Origin: a virus
Taxonomy: Duplodnaviria > Caudoviricetes
Virus record (IMG/VR): IMGVR_UViG_3300021255_002539
Coordinates: 350,061 to 414,060 of that record
DNA length: 64,000 nucleotides
Direction: 5' to 3' (one strand)
Shown: in pieces, positions 27,558 to 38,194 of the stretch
How the letters are laid out: every line of letters begins with the position of its first letter
How positions within the stretch are numbered: position 1 is the stretch's first letter
The notes under the pieces: model-generated
The model's database searches: none
Seen by the model: only the letters and a program-made list of their open reading frames with translations
Told to the model about the DNA's origin: nothing
Position numbers and translations under genes: made by a program

Positions 27558-29021
27558 TCATCCAACCTTGAAATTCCAAATCTTGGACTTGGCTCGGGGC
27601 GTTGTCTTGAACTCCACATCAACGACGATTGGATTGGTCTTCTCGTTTGGCGCAGAAACCTTTGTCTTGTATTCGACAAGCATTCCCTCCAGTCGAGCGC
27701 GTTCAAACATGCGACTTATTGACAGTTCGATTTCATCAATGTTCTTCTTGGTTCTGTCCTCGTATCCCCAACGCATAAGATATCCGGAAATTGCACATCT
27801 CATGCCCAGTTTAATGTCGTTCCATGTTGTTTTCTTTGTTGCTTTCTTCATTGTTGTTTCCCTTTCGTCAAGTCAGTCCATGTCCTCACCAACGAGCTTG
27901 TCGAGGTTCTTGGCAGGCTTCTGTTCCTCGACTTCCCGCTCTTCATGCTCTTCTTCTGGTTCTGCGTCTTCTGGTGCCTCGTCAAGTGGAGCAGGCTCGT
28001 TGTTTGGCGTCAGAATCAGCTCGGTGACGATTGCCAACATCTCCTGGTTCTTGGAGTTCTCGTGGTGCTTGTCGCACTGCTTCTCCACGATGTCAGTGGC
28101 CTTCTCGGCATCTCCATTCATGGAGAGTTCGTCGGTCTTCGCCTGGAGATCTGCCAATGCTGAGAACTGGGCTTTCTTGATGCCCTTGGGGTTGCTCTCC
28201 GAGTACTTCATGTTGTCAGGGATGTTCTCGAATATGACATCCTCAATCTCTGCGTTCTTCTCGAACATGTCGTTCTTGACGTCGGCGGCCCGTGTAATGT
28301 AGTCCGTGATTGTCTTCTTGTCATCCTCGTTGTTCGCCAAGTCGAGGTTCGTGATTGGCTTGGTGAACCGAATCTCGATGCCAGCGTCAAACAACGCCCG
28401 CTTCACCTCTGGGATGAGCCTGGCCGCATAGAGGTTGGTGATGATGTCCAGGGCGTAGGTGTCTGCCTTTGGCGGCGTGTTCTCCTTTGGCTTTCCACCC
28501 TTCTTGAGGTACTCGAAGTCAGCAGATTTGCCGAACATCTTCCCAAAGAAGGACTTGAGCGCACCCTCAATCTTCTTCTCGCGCTTCTTCTTGTCCTCGA
28601 CATCGGCGAAGCCGTTGAACAAGCCAAGCCTCTCTGCGATCATCTTGAACTCGTCTGCCACATTGTCGTACATGAACTCAGAGAATTCCCGCTTCATGTT
28701 CTTGAGCGATTCCTTGCAGGTGGAGTTGATGTCTGTCTTGACCCTGGCGGCGTCGTTGATTACGGTCTTGAGGTTGTCGTACTGATTGTTGATTTCGTTC
28801 TGTTCTTCTGACATTTGGTGTTTTCCTTTCAATTAGAAATCTGTGTATATTGGCTTCACTATGTATATCCCCTTTGCCTCTGACTTTATGCTTTGGCTTT
28901 TGTTCCTGTCCTCGGCGAATTCGTTTGCGATTCCTTCGTCCCGAAACACCCCAATTACCTCATGGTTTCCACTGATGTGGTTGATGAATTGCACCGAATA
29001 CAATTTGTTGATGTTGTCCAT
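27558..29021 (-). CDS. Hypothetical proteins (27558-27851, 27873-28814 with an acidic tail, 28833-29021)
   Basis: Co-oriented ORFs with RBS and phage-like codon usage. Confidence 0.6.
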
Positions 29022-29070
29022 TATCCAAGATGCCTTTCGTTTGAAAGATGCCTTTCGTTTGATGGTTCAA

Positions 29071-29523
29071 TTATACGCCATCCAGTTTGACGAATCTGAG
29101 GCACACGCCAGCTTCCTTGAACATTTGGCTGGTGAGTTCTGTGCTTTCCTTCCACCGCTCCGGTATCTCGGCATCTGGGACATACACGAACTTAATTCCA
29201 CTTTGGATAATCAAGGCGGCGCAATGGGCGCAAGGTGGCATCTTGGTGACATAGATGGAGCAGCCATTCAGATTCTGCTTTGCGAACATTATGGCGTTTT
29301 CCTCAGCATGCAGAATCATCTTGTACTTGGTTGCCCTGTCTCCCAGTCGGTCGTTGGTATCCTGCACCCCAACAGGCAGCCCATTGAACCCCGTGGAGAT
29401 GACCCTGTTCTGGGAATCCACTATCACAGCCCCAATTTGGGAAGACGGGTCCTTGCTCCAAGACGCAACCAAGTACGCCATGTCAAAGAACCGCTTCTGC
29501 CATTTCGTAGCCAGTTCAGCCAT
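29071..29523 (-). CDS. dCMP deaminase
   Basis: SKDPSSQIGAVI, GFNG, HAEENA and PCAHC motifs. Confidence 0.93.
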   Translation of the reverse strand: MAELATKWQKRFFDMAYLVASWSKDPSSQIGAVIVDSQNRVISTGFNGLPVGVQDTNDRLGDRATKYKMILHAEENAIMFAKQNLNGCSIYVTKMPPCAHCAALIIQSGIKFVYVPDAEIPERWKESTELTSQMFKEAGVCLRFVKLDGV

Positions 29524-29788
29524 TGTCCAATCCCCCAATCTTGAGCAGATCTGAAAGCGAGGAATTGGTCTCCTTCATCAAGTTGGACAAGTCCGACACG
29601 GCAGAATACAATGCCATCTCCTGCTCCACAGTGAACTTCTTGGTCTCGCCATCGACGCAATCGTAGATGCGGTCGTCGTCGAACACGCCTGCCCTTTCTG
29701 CCTCATCGCGATCCCTTGCCATCTCGGCCAGTTCATCCTCGGGCAAGTCCTTCAATATGCCCTCTATGTCGTCTACTTGATATGCCAT
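29516..29788 (-). CDS. Hypothetical acidic protein
   Basis: AAGGAG RBS and upstream sigma70-like promoter. Confidence 0.6.
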   Translation of the reverse strand: MAYQVDDIEGILKDLPEDELAEMARDRDEAERAGVFDDDRIYDCVDGETKKFTVEQEMALYSAVSDLSNLMKETNSSLSDLLKIGGLDNG

Positions 29789-29873
29789 TGGTTTTCTCCT
29801 TTTGCTATATTATACCACTTCGCGGTCAAATGGTAAATATATCCAAACATCAACATTCATCTTCATCATCACC

Positions 29874-30113
29874 ATGGTATACGACGCACAGACATACAAG
29901 GTTTTCCACCAACTCACTGAGAATGGGCAGTTCCACTATTTCGCAATGCTTGAACACAAGGCAGACGAACTCTTGTTCAAGAAAAAGCACTTTTTCCTGT
30001 ATTGGTGGTAGAGGTTCCGCAATTGGGTGAGGACTGGGGATTCAGAATGGATTGGACCAGAATACCCAGACGAGAAGCAGTACCAAGATGGCTTTTCCTA
30101 CTCAGAATCCTGA
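29874..30113 (+). CDS. Small late protein with 1 in-frame TAG
   Basis: GTAAATA at 29833; frame MVYDAQTY...LYWW*RFRNWVRTGD...ES TGA. Confidence 0.6.
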
Positions 30114-30392
30114 TTTGTGGTTACAACTACGCAAGTGATCCACTACCTTTTGCAGGTTGTCGGCGTCCTCTTTGCGCAGAATCACCTCGTCGAACGCGCC
30201 ATATCGGCTCTTGTGGCCGAATACATACTTCACGGCATGCCAAAGCCTCTTCCAAAAGCCCATGTAGTTGGCGAGATGCACCGACACATACACCTCGTTG
30301 TCCTCGTCGTCCCATCGTACAATCAACTGGTGCTCTACTGACGAGCAATCGCAAAGCAACAGAATCTCGTTGTCGTTCTTCATGTCTGTCAT
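30102..30392 (-). CDS. Hypothetical protein (CxC..H motif)
   Basis: LLCDCSSVEH..FWKRLWHAVKYVFG; ATGA-coupled. Confidence 0.6.
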   Translation of the reverse strand: MTDMKNDNEILLLCDCSSVEHQLIVRWDDEDNEVYVSVHLANYMGFWKRLWHAVKYVFGHKSRYGAFDEVILRKEDADNLQKVVDHLRSCNHKSGF

Positions 30393-31321
30393 CCTTCGTG
30401 CATGTTCCAGGTCATCGTTGCTTCCTTCAAGTCCCTCCATGTGATTCTTTTGCCATTCAGGAAGTCGTATATCTCGCCGCGCATCTTGTCCTTCTCGGAA
30501 AGATACTTGTCGTCAATCTTCATGAACTCCAGGAACTTGGGGTCGTTGGGGTTGACCTTGCCCAGATTCACCAGATTGCGCAGAAGAACCTCGCACAACC
30601 TGTCGAATGTCCAGGACTCGGTGTCGAACTCCTCGGTTTGATCTATTGAATCGCCATAGGGCATCTGATTGTCGTCAGCATGGACGAAGAACCTGGCCAC
30701 CTTGGACTTAATCACATCCAGGTTGGTCATGATGCCTGCCTCGGTCCTCAAGTCTCTGAGGAACTTCCCAACATAGTCTGGCATAGGCTCGTAGTGTCCA
30801 AACTCCCCGGTCTTTGGATCCCGCTTGTTCGACCGGATGAACCTATCCACCTTGCACTTCGCAGACTTTGACGATTCGCGCAACTCCCACCTGGAGACAT
30901 CCAGTATGTCCGAGACGCCATCTATTATGTTGTTGAACTTGGATATGGCGTTGGTGCCGAACAGCACTTCTTCCTTTTTCTTGCCATTGCAGACATAGTG
31001 GCAGTTGTTGGCGTCCCACTCCCCCAGAAGCCTACCCCAACGCTCAATGGCCTCCTTCTTGTCATCCTTGTCCCACAGGTCGTATACCCAAATGGGCCCG
31101 AACGAGCCGAACTTGATCTCGTCCTCGTGCCACTCAGGTTGCTTTGCTACGGACCTCGCGACAGATTTGACCTCCTCGTTGTAGGACTTCCTGCCATATG
31201 CCTCGATGATGGCGTCCATTATGTCGGCCTTCGTGATGTTGAAGAACTCGAACAGCTCGTTCTGAGCAAGAACGAAGCTCGATGAACTTGAATTCGAAAC
31301 ATAGTCTGTGCGTATCTTCAT
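30389..31321 (-). CDS. NSSSSS-tag family protein 1
   Basis: Starts MKIRTDYVSNSSSSSFV. Confidence 0.8.
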   Translation of the reverse strand: MKIRTDYVSNSSSSSFVLAQNELFEFFNITKADIMDAIIEAYGRKSYNEEVKSVARSVAKQPEWHEDEIKFGSFGPIWVYDLWDKDDKKEAIERWGRLLGEWDANNCHYVCNGKKKEEVLFGTNAISKFNNIIDGVSDILDVSRWELRESSKSAKCKVDRFIRSNKRDPKTGEFGHYEPMPDYVGKFLRDLRTEAGIMTNLDVIKSKVARFFVHADDNQMPYGDSIDQTEEFDTESWTFDRLCEVLLRNLVNLGKVNPNDPKFLEFMKIDDKYLSEKDKMRGEIYDFLNGKRITWRDLKEATMTWNMHEG

Positions 31322-31788
31322 TTGTGAATCCTTTCCAGCCAGTTGATGATGTCCTTTGGACGACTTGGCGAATGGTCGTCTACAATCCAGCAGGAGATGC
31401 GTTCACCCCGCTTCTTGGGAATGTCCTCCAACTCCATCTTCTCTCCCTTTGAACAACCACCCCAATCAGATGCGTCGTAGACGAACTCAGTGGCCCAATC
31501 GTCGCTCCTCCACTTGCGAACTTTCCATATGGTCACATTGTCAGAATATGTGTCAATCACAATGGGGGTTGGGCGCATGTCGAAGTCCATCATCAACTCT
31601 GGCGTCAACTTGAACACATAGTCTCCATCGCAAATGTTGGGGAACACGACGAAGAACGCCTCGCCATCCTCCAGGTTGTCGAAGTCCTCTATAGTCAATC
31701 TATAGCCATCCCTGGGCGTATACTTCGACCCAAGCACCATGAAAGAGCTTGAACTGGAGTTTGAAACGAAGTCAGAGCGAATCTTCAT
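31318..31788 (-). CDS. NSSSSS-tag family protein 2
   Basis: Starts MKIRSDFVSNSSSSSFM. Confidence 0.8.
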   Translation of the reverse strand: MKIRSDFVSNSSSSSFMVLGSKYTPRDGYRLTIEDFDNLEDGEAFFVVFPNICDGDYVFKLTPELMMDFDMRPTPIVIDTYSDNVTIWKVRKWRSDDWATEFVYDASDWGGCSKGEKMELEDIPKKRGERISCWIVDDHSPSRPKDIINWLERIHK

Positions 31789-32091
31789 CGGAAGCAAATC
31801 CCCATTTGGTCAGTATAATCCCCCAGGAGCTTCAACGAACCATCAGGCTCCAGAACCATGATGTCGTTGAACTTGTCCGAGTCAGTTATCGTCTCATTTC
31901 CAACACCCGTGTAGATGGACACTTGAGCATGGCCGGAAAGACCCGGAGTGTTCTCTGCCTTGACTGCCACGACTTGCGTTGCTGTGCAAGCATCCTCGTA
32001 TCTATCCCGAAACAGAATTGTTTTCCCCACCAGGAAACTCAGCTTCGCTGCAACACCCCTTGTGTCAATGCCAATCTTCTCAATACCCATA

Positions 32092-32601
32092 TCAATACTC
32101 ATAGTCAACCTCCACTTCCTTCAACAGATCCTTCAAGTCGTCAGTCATGTCGTCCCACTTCACGATGCGTTCCAACTCCCAACTAGTGGGTGGCGCATAT
32201 GTATCGCGCATTCTCTTCACAGCATCCTCGGGAACACCATGTATGTTCTGAAACTGGGTCTTCATGTGGATGAACACCACATTGTAGCCATGTTCATCTG
32301 CCAGGTGGAAGTAGACCTTCCTGTCTGCCCTCTTGACATTCGTGTTGGACACAATCAAGTTCTGCCCCTTGTTCATGACCATCGTGGCTTGATCACAACA
32401 CCACTTGTGCGCCTTCCAAAGCAACTTGGGGTCGAATGCATACTGCCCATTGCCCCGAATGTACCAGAACTCGTCGGCCTCGCAAATCTCGGCGATTGGG
32501 GAGATGTACATCGGCGCAACCTCCTGAATCCTCTGCGCCAAGGTGGACTTGCCAGAGCCAGCTGCCCCAGTTATGATGAAGATGTACTTTGAGTTATCCA
32601 T
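32092..32601 (-). CDS. AAA_33 P-loop kinase (polynucleotide kinase/N4BP2-like)
   Basis: GAAGSGKST, EADEF, AHKWC, VSNTN and NIHGVP motifs. Confidence 0.85.
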   Translation of the reverse strand: MDNSKYIFIITGAAGSGKSTLAQRIQEVAPMYISPIAEICEADEFWYIRGNGQYAFDPKLLWKAHKWCCDQATMVMNKGQNLIVSNTNVKRADRKVYFHLADEHGYNVVFIHMKTQFQNIHGVPEDAVKRMRDTYAPPTSWELERIVKWDDMTDDLKDLLKEVEVDYEY

Positions 32602-33230
32602 TGTCAATAATCCCACTTGAAATATGTGTCCCTGCCAGTCTGACGGCCATCTTGCCACGCATCTTCTATAATGTCGGAAATGTCGTCCTTAAGTGCTTCT
32701 CTGTTTTCAACAATGCCATACTTGTCCAGAATAGCATCAAGTTTCTTCATCCACTCATCCATTGCCAGACTTCCTTTCAATCTTCAATGCCTGTTTTACC
32801 AGCTCTTCCATGTCCTTCTCGAACTTGTATATTTCCACCTTGGACAACCAACCTTCGGAAATCCCATCCATGCAGTCGCGATAACAGCACTCTAAACGCA
32901 AGGAACCGAATTCCTTGACTCGCTTCTTCATGGCAAGGAGTGTTTTGTGCAATTCCTTGTTATCCATTATACGCCTTTCTGAGATTGTCTCCAACCTCGT
33001 CAGCAAGGGCTTTCATCTTCTTGTAGATGTCATCGCACATGGTATGGTTGCTCTCCATGGTGACTTGCTGAAGTTCCTCCATGAAGGAATTCCAAGCCTT
33101 GCAAGCCCTCTGAGCCCGCATCTTCACCCTAGCCTGGTCAATCCTGTGGTATGTCATAATCAATCGCCTTCTTTGATACTTACAACACCTATATTATACC
33201 ATATTGAAGGATGGTCTGTCAATAGACCAC

Positions 33231-33893
33231 TCACAACGAATTCGTCTTGCCATTCAACCGCTTTTCCAGTGCGTCGAACACAATGAGCAAGGCGTTCAGG
33301 TCATCTTTCAATGGCTCGATGTAGGGCAGGAGGTTGGGGAGATTCACCCAGCGCTTCTCCTTGGGATTGAAGAACAACAGACCCTTGTCGTCATCCCCAG
33401 CATACTTCATGTTGAGGGAATCGCCAATGTAGATGTTGATGTCTGTCCCGAAGATGTAGATCAACTTGGCGACATTGGAGAACTGAAATTCTGTGAAGTA
33501 GTGGAGCTTCGGAAGCCAGACCTTCGTGATCCAGGCATTCACCTTCTTCTCGTCCACACCCATCTTGATGAACTTGTCGTGCAGCTTGCGCATCAGGCGA
33601 ATCGAGAACTGCCCGCAACCGGCACAAGCATCACAAGTCGTGGATGTCAAGGTCAGATTCGGAATCTCCGGCTCAAGCATCTCGTCAACCAACCAAAGGG
33701 GCGTACATACCCAGCCAAAATCCTTGAATTGCTGTTTGGTCGTCTTTTGTTGTTGATCATCCCCACGCTCGAAGTGTGGCGTGGACAAGTCAAGGTGAGT
33801 CAAGCCAGTGACTTCCTTAAAGCGAGATTCTGTGGTTGCGATGTCCATTTGCTTGTAAATAGGCAATTCATTCAATGCGAATGAATTGCCCAT
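33231..33893 (-). CDS. SAM-binding DNA methyltransferase-like protein lacking an evident NPPY motif
   Basis: GWVCTP..VDEML, DACAGCGQF and NIYIGDSL motifs. Confidence 0.65.
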   Translation of the reverse strand: MGNSFALNELPIYKQMDIATTESRFKEVTGLTHLDLSTPHFERGDDQQQKTTKQQFKDFGWVCTPLWLVDEMLEPEIPNLTLTSTTCDACAGCGQFSIRLMRKLHDKFIKMGVDEKKVNAWITKVWLPKLHYFTEFQFSNVAKLIYIFGTDINIYIGDSLNMKYAGDDDKGLLFFNPKEKRWVNLPNLLPYIEPLKDDLNALLIVFDALEKRLNGKTNSL

Positions 33894-33905
33894 TCTAAGT
33901 ATGGT

Positions 33906-35063
33906 TTAGTTCAACGAACCACCCTTCGTTCGGTTGCACTTCTTACAAAGCATTTGGAGGTTTTCCTGAACCGTCTTGCCGCCGTTCCACCAAGGCACGA
34001 TGTGGTCGCCCTCCATTTCACCAATCAAAAAGTGCTTTCCGCAAACGGGGCAAATTCCCTTTTGCTGCTCATATGCAGTGGTTTTCTGGGCAACGGAGAA
34101 TTGGCGACGAGAGAGTTCACGAGCCACATCTTCACTTTCACCAGACAAGACATACTCATAGATGCCTTTCTTGTCGGTAATCTCCTCATTCGCCATGTGC
34201 TTGGCAACGAGTTCTTCCAACTTTGTCGGGTTATACTTGTTTTTGCCATACTTTGCAACCATTTTGCCCCAATTGACCCCCTTCATTGACGGGCGATAGT
34301 TCGGGAAAAGATACTTCACCCACTCAAGTACTGCCGTGTAGTATTTTTGGAGTTCCTCCGAATTCATATCGTTCTGGTGCTTTGCCATGTAATTGCAAAT
34401 GCGAGTGTCAAAGTCCTCCTCTGGGATTGCACTTGTAATCCAATCAAGCGCTGTCTCCAAGAAGTCCTGGCGAATTGTATTGCCAGTCACATAGTCTTCT
34501 CCAAGCAAGTATGCTGCGCAATTTCGCTTGGAGAAATACTTTTTTGCATCCTCAAGCCAAGTTCCAGTGTAGACAGAGTTGCGAAGCTCCTGGTCAGTCA
34601 ACTTTTCGCCAGCAATGTTGATGGTCTTGAACCAATCGTGTCGATCTTGCAGTGTTCCACCCTTGCACACAAAGATGAAAAGCTCGTAGTCAAGGATGTC
34701 GTTCGCCAGTTCAGGACAACTTGCCTGAATGTTATGGAAATACATCGGCTTGCCGTTCACAAGCACCGTGTAGTCACCATTGATGAATGTGCAAATTGAG
34801 AGACTGCGCTGCTGTCCATCCAACAACTCGTAGGTGCCGTTTTCAAGCTCGGCCCAATATACACTGCCAAGCGGAAATCCCTTCATCACAGAGGCAATCA
34901 CCGCCTTCTTTTCCTTTTCCTTGTAAACAAACTCGCGCTGATATGCGGGCCGAATGTCAAGTTTTCCATCGAAGCCGACGACGCCAAGTTCCCCATTGTC
35001 CTTGAAGCCGTTAGTTAGCTCACGAATTGTGACTACCTTGCGCTCGATTTGCATTTTTTTCAT
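33906..35063 (-). CDS. DUF262 plus HNH nuclease (GmrSD-like)
   Basis: PAYQREFVY, LDGQQR, F..IN and CPVC..DHIVPW..GGKT..NLQMLCKKCN motifs. Confidence 0.9.
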   Translation of the reverse strand: MKKMQIERKVVTIRELTNGFKDNGELGVVGFDGKLDIRPAYQREFVYKEKEKKAVIASVMKGFPLGSVYWAELENGTYELLDGQQRSLSICTFINGDYTVLVNGKPMYFHNIQASCPELANDILDYELFIFVCKGGTLQDRHDWFKTINIAGEKLTDQELRNSVYTGTWLEDAKKYFSKRNCAAYLLGEDYVTGNTIRQDFLETALDWITSAIPEEDFDTRICNYMAKHQNDMNSEELQKYYTAVLEWVKYLFPNYRPSMKGVNWGKMVAKYGKNKYNPTKLEELVAKHMANEEITDKKGIYEYVLSGESEDVARELSRRQFSVAQKTTAYEQQKGICPVCGKHFLIGEMEGDHIVPWWNGGKTVQENLQMLCKKCNRTKGGSLN

Positions 35064-35185
35064 TTTTTGTGTTCTTTCTTTTGTTTGAGGAGTTCAGGCG
35101 TCCTCTTTTCCTTGAAGGAGAACAATCCCCCTCAAAACATTGATATTATATCATAATTTGTTTAATGATGTAAAGCCCCCTTGGA

Positions 35186-36175
35186 CTAGTTTTTGAAAAA
35201 CATGTCAAATGATACCTCGTTCGATTCAGACTTTCCGTCGTTTGGCTTTCTCGGCATCTTGTTTTTAATGAAAATTATAGCTGACTTCCGCTGTCCATTC
35301 AAATAGGGTCGGTCATAGTGCTTGAATCCATCCACATACAAGTTTTCCACACCAGGAATCCCAGTAAGCCCAAGAATCTCAAACTGTTGGGGACAAAATT
35401 TTCCAACAAATGTTATGGGAACGCCCATCACGCCATCATAGTCACAGGGAATATCACAAACCTTCTGAACTTTGATGCAATTGAAGTTGTCATACTTTGG
35501 ATAGTGTCTCTCGGAATACTCTCTGAACAAAACCATCTTTTCCTCGCGCTTGCGATGTGTAATGTTGGTGTACCATACCGAATTCACCTTCACGAGTTTT
35601 CCCGAGGGGTCAACAAATTGGGCAGAATCTCTAGGAGATACACCCCACCACAGTTTGTTGTTGAGGAACAACGGAAATATCTTGGTATAAGATATGGCAA
35701 GCGCCGAACCGATGATTATGAACGACTTTCCATAATCAATCAATGTCTGAAGATACTCCTTGAAAATTGGGAACGGCGGATTTGTCACAACAATGTCGGC
35801 TTGACGAATAAGCTCCAACCCCTCCTTGGAATCATAAGACCCATTTCCTTCAAGTTCAGTAGCCCTCGTCACTCCTCCAGGAAGCACTTCATACTTCATT
35901 GCGCGGCCATTTGGGTTGTATGAGGTGCAAATCAGACGAGTCAATCCAAACACATCAAAATTCATCTTGAAATACTGATAGAAGTTTGAATCCTCGTCGT
36001 CACCGCAATTGCACAATATAGTCTTTCCCTTGAAATGTGGTCGATAGTTCTTCAACTCCACCTCAATGTCAGGCAATCTCGTAACGAAATCACCGCGCTT
36101 TAACCTTCTTGCCTCACACAACTTTGTGTTTTTCTGCATTTTTTTCCTTATCTTGAGGAACTCAGGTATCCTCAT
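35186..36175 (-). CDS. Adenine-specific methyltransferase, EcoRI-methylase family
   Basis: ILCNCGD, ADIVVTNPPF and MGVPITF motifs. Confidence 0.88.
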   Translation of the reverse strand: MRIPEFLKIRKKMQKNTKLCEARRLKRGDFVTRLPDIEVELKNYRPHFKGKTILCNCGDDEDSNFYQYFKMNFDVFGLTRLICTSYNPNGRAMKYEVLPGGVTRATELEGNGSYDSKEGLELIRQADIVVTNPPFPIFKEYLQTLIDYGKSFIIIGSALAISYTKIFPLFLNNKLWWGVSPRDSAQFVDPSGKLVKVNSVWYTNITHRKREEKMVLFREYSERHYPKYDNFNCIKVQKVCDIPCDYDGVMGVPITFVGKFCPQQFEILGLTGIPGVENLYVDGFKHYDRPYLNGQRKSAIIFIKNKMPRKPNDGKSESNEVSFDMFFKN

Positions 36176-36265
36176 TGACCTTGAGGTAGAACAATCTCCT
36201 CAAACCAATGATATTATAGCAAAAAATTTTTGCTGTGTAAAGGGGGTTGGCGAGAAAAATCACTT

Positions 36266-37153
36266 CTACCTTATTCGTATAAGTAGACGAGGATACATTC
36301 TGCGACCCTCGAGATATGGTCTATCATACTTTGTGCATCCAGGCAAGTACAGCTCTTTGAGTTCAGAATAGTTTCCGGTTATGCCAACAATCTCAAATTG
36401 ACTTGGATTATACTTATCCAAAAAAGTAATCGGAACACCCATGACACTCATATAGTCTTTGGGAATCAATGCCGTCCTCTTAACATTTATGGCAGCATAG
36501 TTGTCAAACATAGGATACTCGCTCGTAATGTATGATTCAACCAATTTCAATTCTTTATGGCGTTTACCGTGGTCGAGGTTGGTAAACCAGCAAGCATTAA
36601 CATTCCATAATTCACCAGACGGTAATAGAAAATCCATGCTCCTTTTTCCACAGCCCATCCATATCTTGTTGTCTCGAATTAGGGGAAATATTTCTTTGTA
36701 TGTGATGGCGTTCACATTCCCAATAATTAGAAATTTCTTGTTATACCTCATCAAAGTGCTAAAATAGTCTCGAAATAGACTGAAAGGTGGATTAGTCACC
36801 ACTATATCCGCTTCCTCCAAAAACGCCAAGCATTCTGGAGAATTGTATGAACCATTTCCCTCAAGCTCAACTACACCTGTATTGCTATATAGTGTCAACT
36901 CCAGCTTGATACCACGTGCGTTCTCCTTATAGCCGGTGCATATGAGCTTTTTCAATCCCAGGCGTTTGAAATTCAAAATGAAATATCGTGTAAAATTAGA
37001 TACTCTTGGATCGTCACAATTACAATACACGACTTTGTTTAGAAAGTGAGATGTGTAATTGCTCATCTCAGAATCTATATCATCAAACAAAGTATAGAAC
37101 TCATCATTCTTCGCCTTTTTCGCCTTGTTCAAATTATTGTTTTTCCTCTTCAT
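36266..37153 (-). CDS. Adenine-specific methyltransferase, EcoRI-methylase family (paralog)
   Basis: AKKAKNDEFYT, YCNCDDP, NPPFSLFR and MGVPITFLDKYNP motifs. Confidence 0.92.
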   Translation of the reverse strand: MKRKNNNLNKAKKAKNDEFYTLFDDIDSEMSNYTSHFLNKVVYCNCDDPRVSNFTRYFILNFKRLGLKKLICTGYKENARGIKLELTLYSNTGVVELEGNGSYNSPECLAFLEEADIVVTNPPFSLFRDYFSTLMRYNKKFLIIGNVNAITYKEIFPLIRDNKIWMGCGKRSMDFLLPSGELWNVNACWFTNLDHGKRHKELKLVESYITSEYPMFDNYAAINVKRTALIPKDYMSVMGVPITFLDKYNPSQFEIVGITGNYSELKELYLPGCTKYDRPYLEGRRMYPRLLIRIR

Positions 37154-37748
37154 GATGCAAACACACCTCATTTACTATATATTATACAAGAATCAACGAT
37201 GTGTGTAAAGCCCCAAGTAAAAGTCAAATAAAATTTGTAAATTCTATTTAACGCGCATTCATAAAAGTGTATAATTTCTTTAGTCATACTCAATACCTCG
37301 AATATTGTTTGTGATTAGATGCTTCAAGAAACGCCAATTCCTTGGAGCATCGTTCTTTTCTATTTACAATTATACAAAAATTAAAACGGTCTTAAAATAC
37401 ACTTAATAAATTGCTTCCAATTATTTTCAAACTTTAATATATCATCAACAGATAATCCTTCATCAACTAGTTTTTTCGTCGTTGGATTTTCCATAATACC
37501 AATTTTTACATCACCACTAGTTTATGGGTCATTAGCAATTTTAGCCATGGTTCGCGCATGTTCTTTGTGTTTGTCTTTCAATAAATTGAATTTATTTGCC
37601 GCAATTGTTAACCACACACTAAAGACACAACATCCTCCACACACAAGACCATTTATTACATTACCTATTATTATTTCTTTCATTTGAGCACTCCTATTAT
37701 GGGAATATAGTATTTCATATACTCCCATGCAATAACAAACACAACGAG

Positions 37749-37955
37749 TCAACCCACCTTGTGGTATTTTTCCATCATCTCTTTCTTGGCAAACAACACC
37801 ACAGCAACATCCTTAAAATGTCCCCGGACGCCCAATGGGGGGTCAGTGTCGAGACATTCAAGACAATATCGGGAACCAACATCGGATTTGACGATGTACT
37901 TCAAGTCGGAACCTTCCTCCGACACGATGTCTCCAACCTTGAACTTGCTTTCCAT
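37749..37955 (-). CDS. Small KOW/SH3-like protein
   Basis: MESKFKVGDIV...; AAGGAGG RBS. Confidence 0.6.
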   Translation of the reverse strand: MESKFKVGDIVSEEGSDLKYIVKSDVGSRYCLECLDTDPPLGVRGHFKDVAVVLFAKKEMMEKYHKVG

Positions 37956-37969
37956 TTTAACCTCCTTGT

Positions 37970-38162
37970 TTAGTTGCCGACCTTGCGCCACTTCTCCGCA
38001 AACCCCTTCTTGGGGGTGGCAATTGCTGAATGTATCCCCAGCTTGGGATCAATCTCCGTGGACTTGAGGCGAAACCAGAAGTCGTCCTCTCCCCCAGATT
38101 TGGTACTTCGTGTCCGAACCTTCGGGCGTCACGATGTCGCCCACCTTGATTTCATTTTCCAT
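37970..38162 (-). pseudogene. Frameshifted paralog of 37749-37955
   Basis: MENEIKVGDIVTPEGSDTKYQI is followed in another frame by ..DPKLG..EKWRKVGN; one extra G in a G5 run. Confidence 0.7.
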
Positions 38163-38194
38163 TTGTTGTCTCTCCTTGTATTTGTTGTTAAAAG

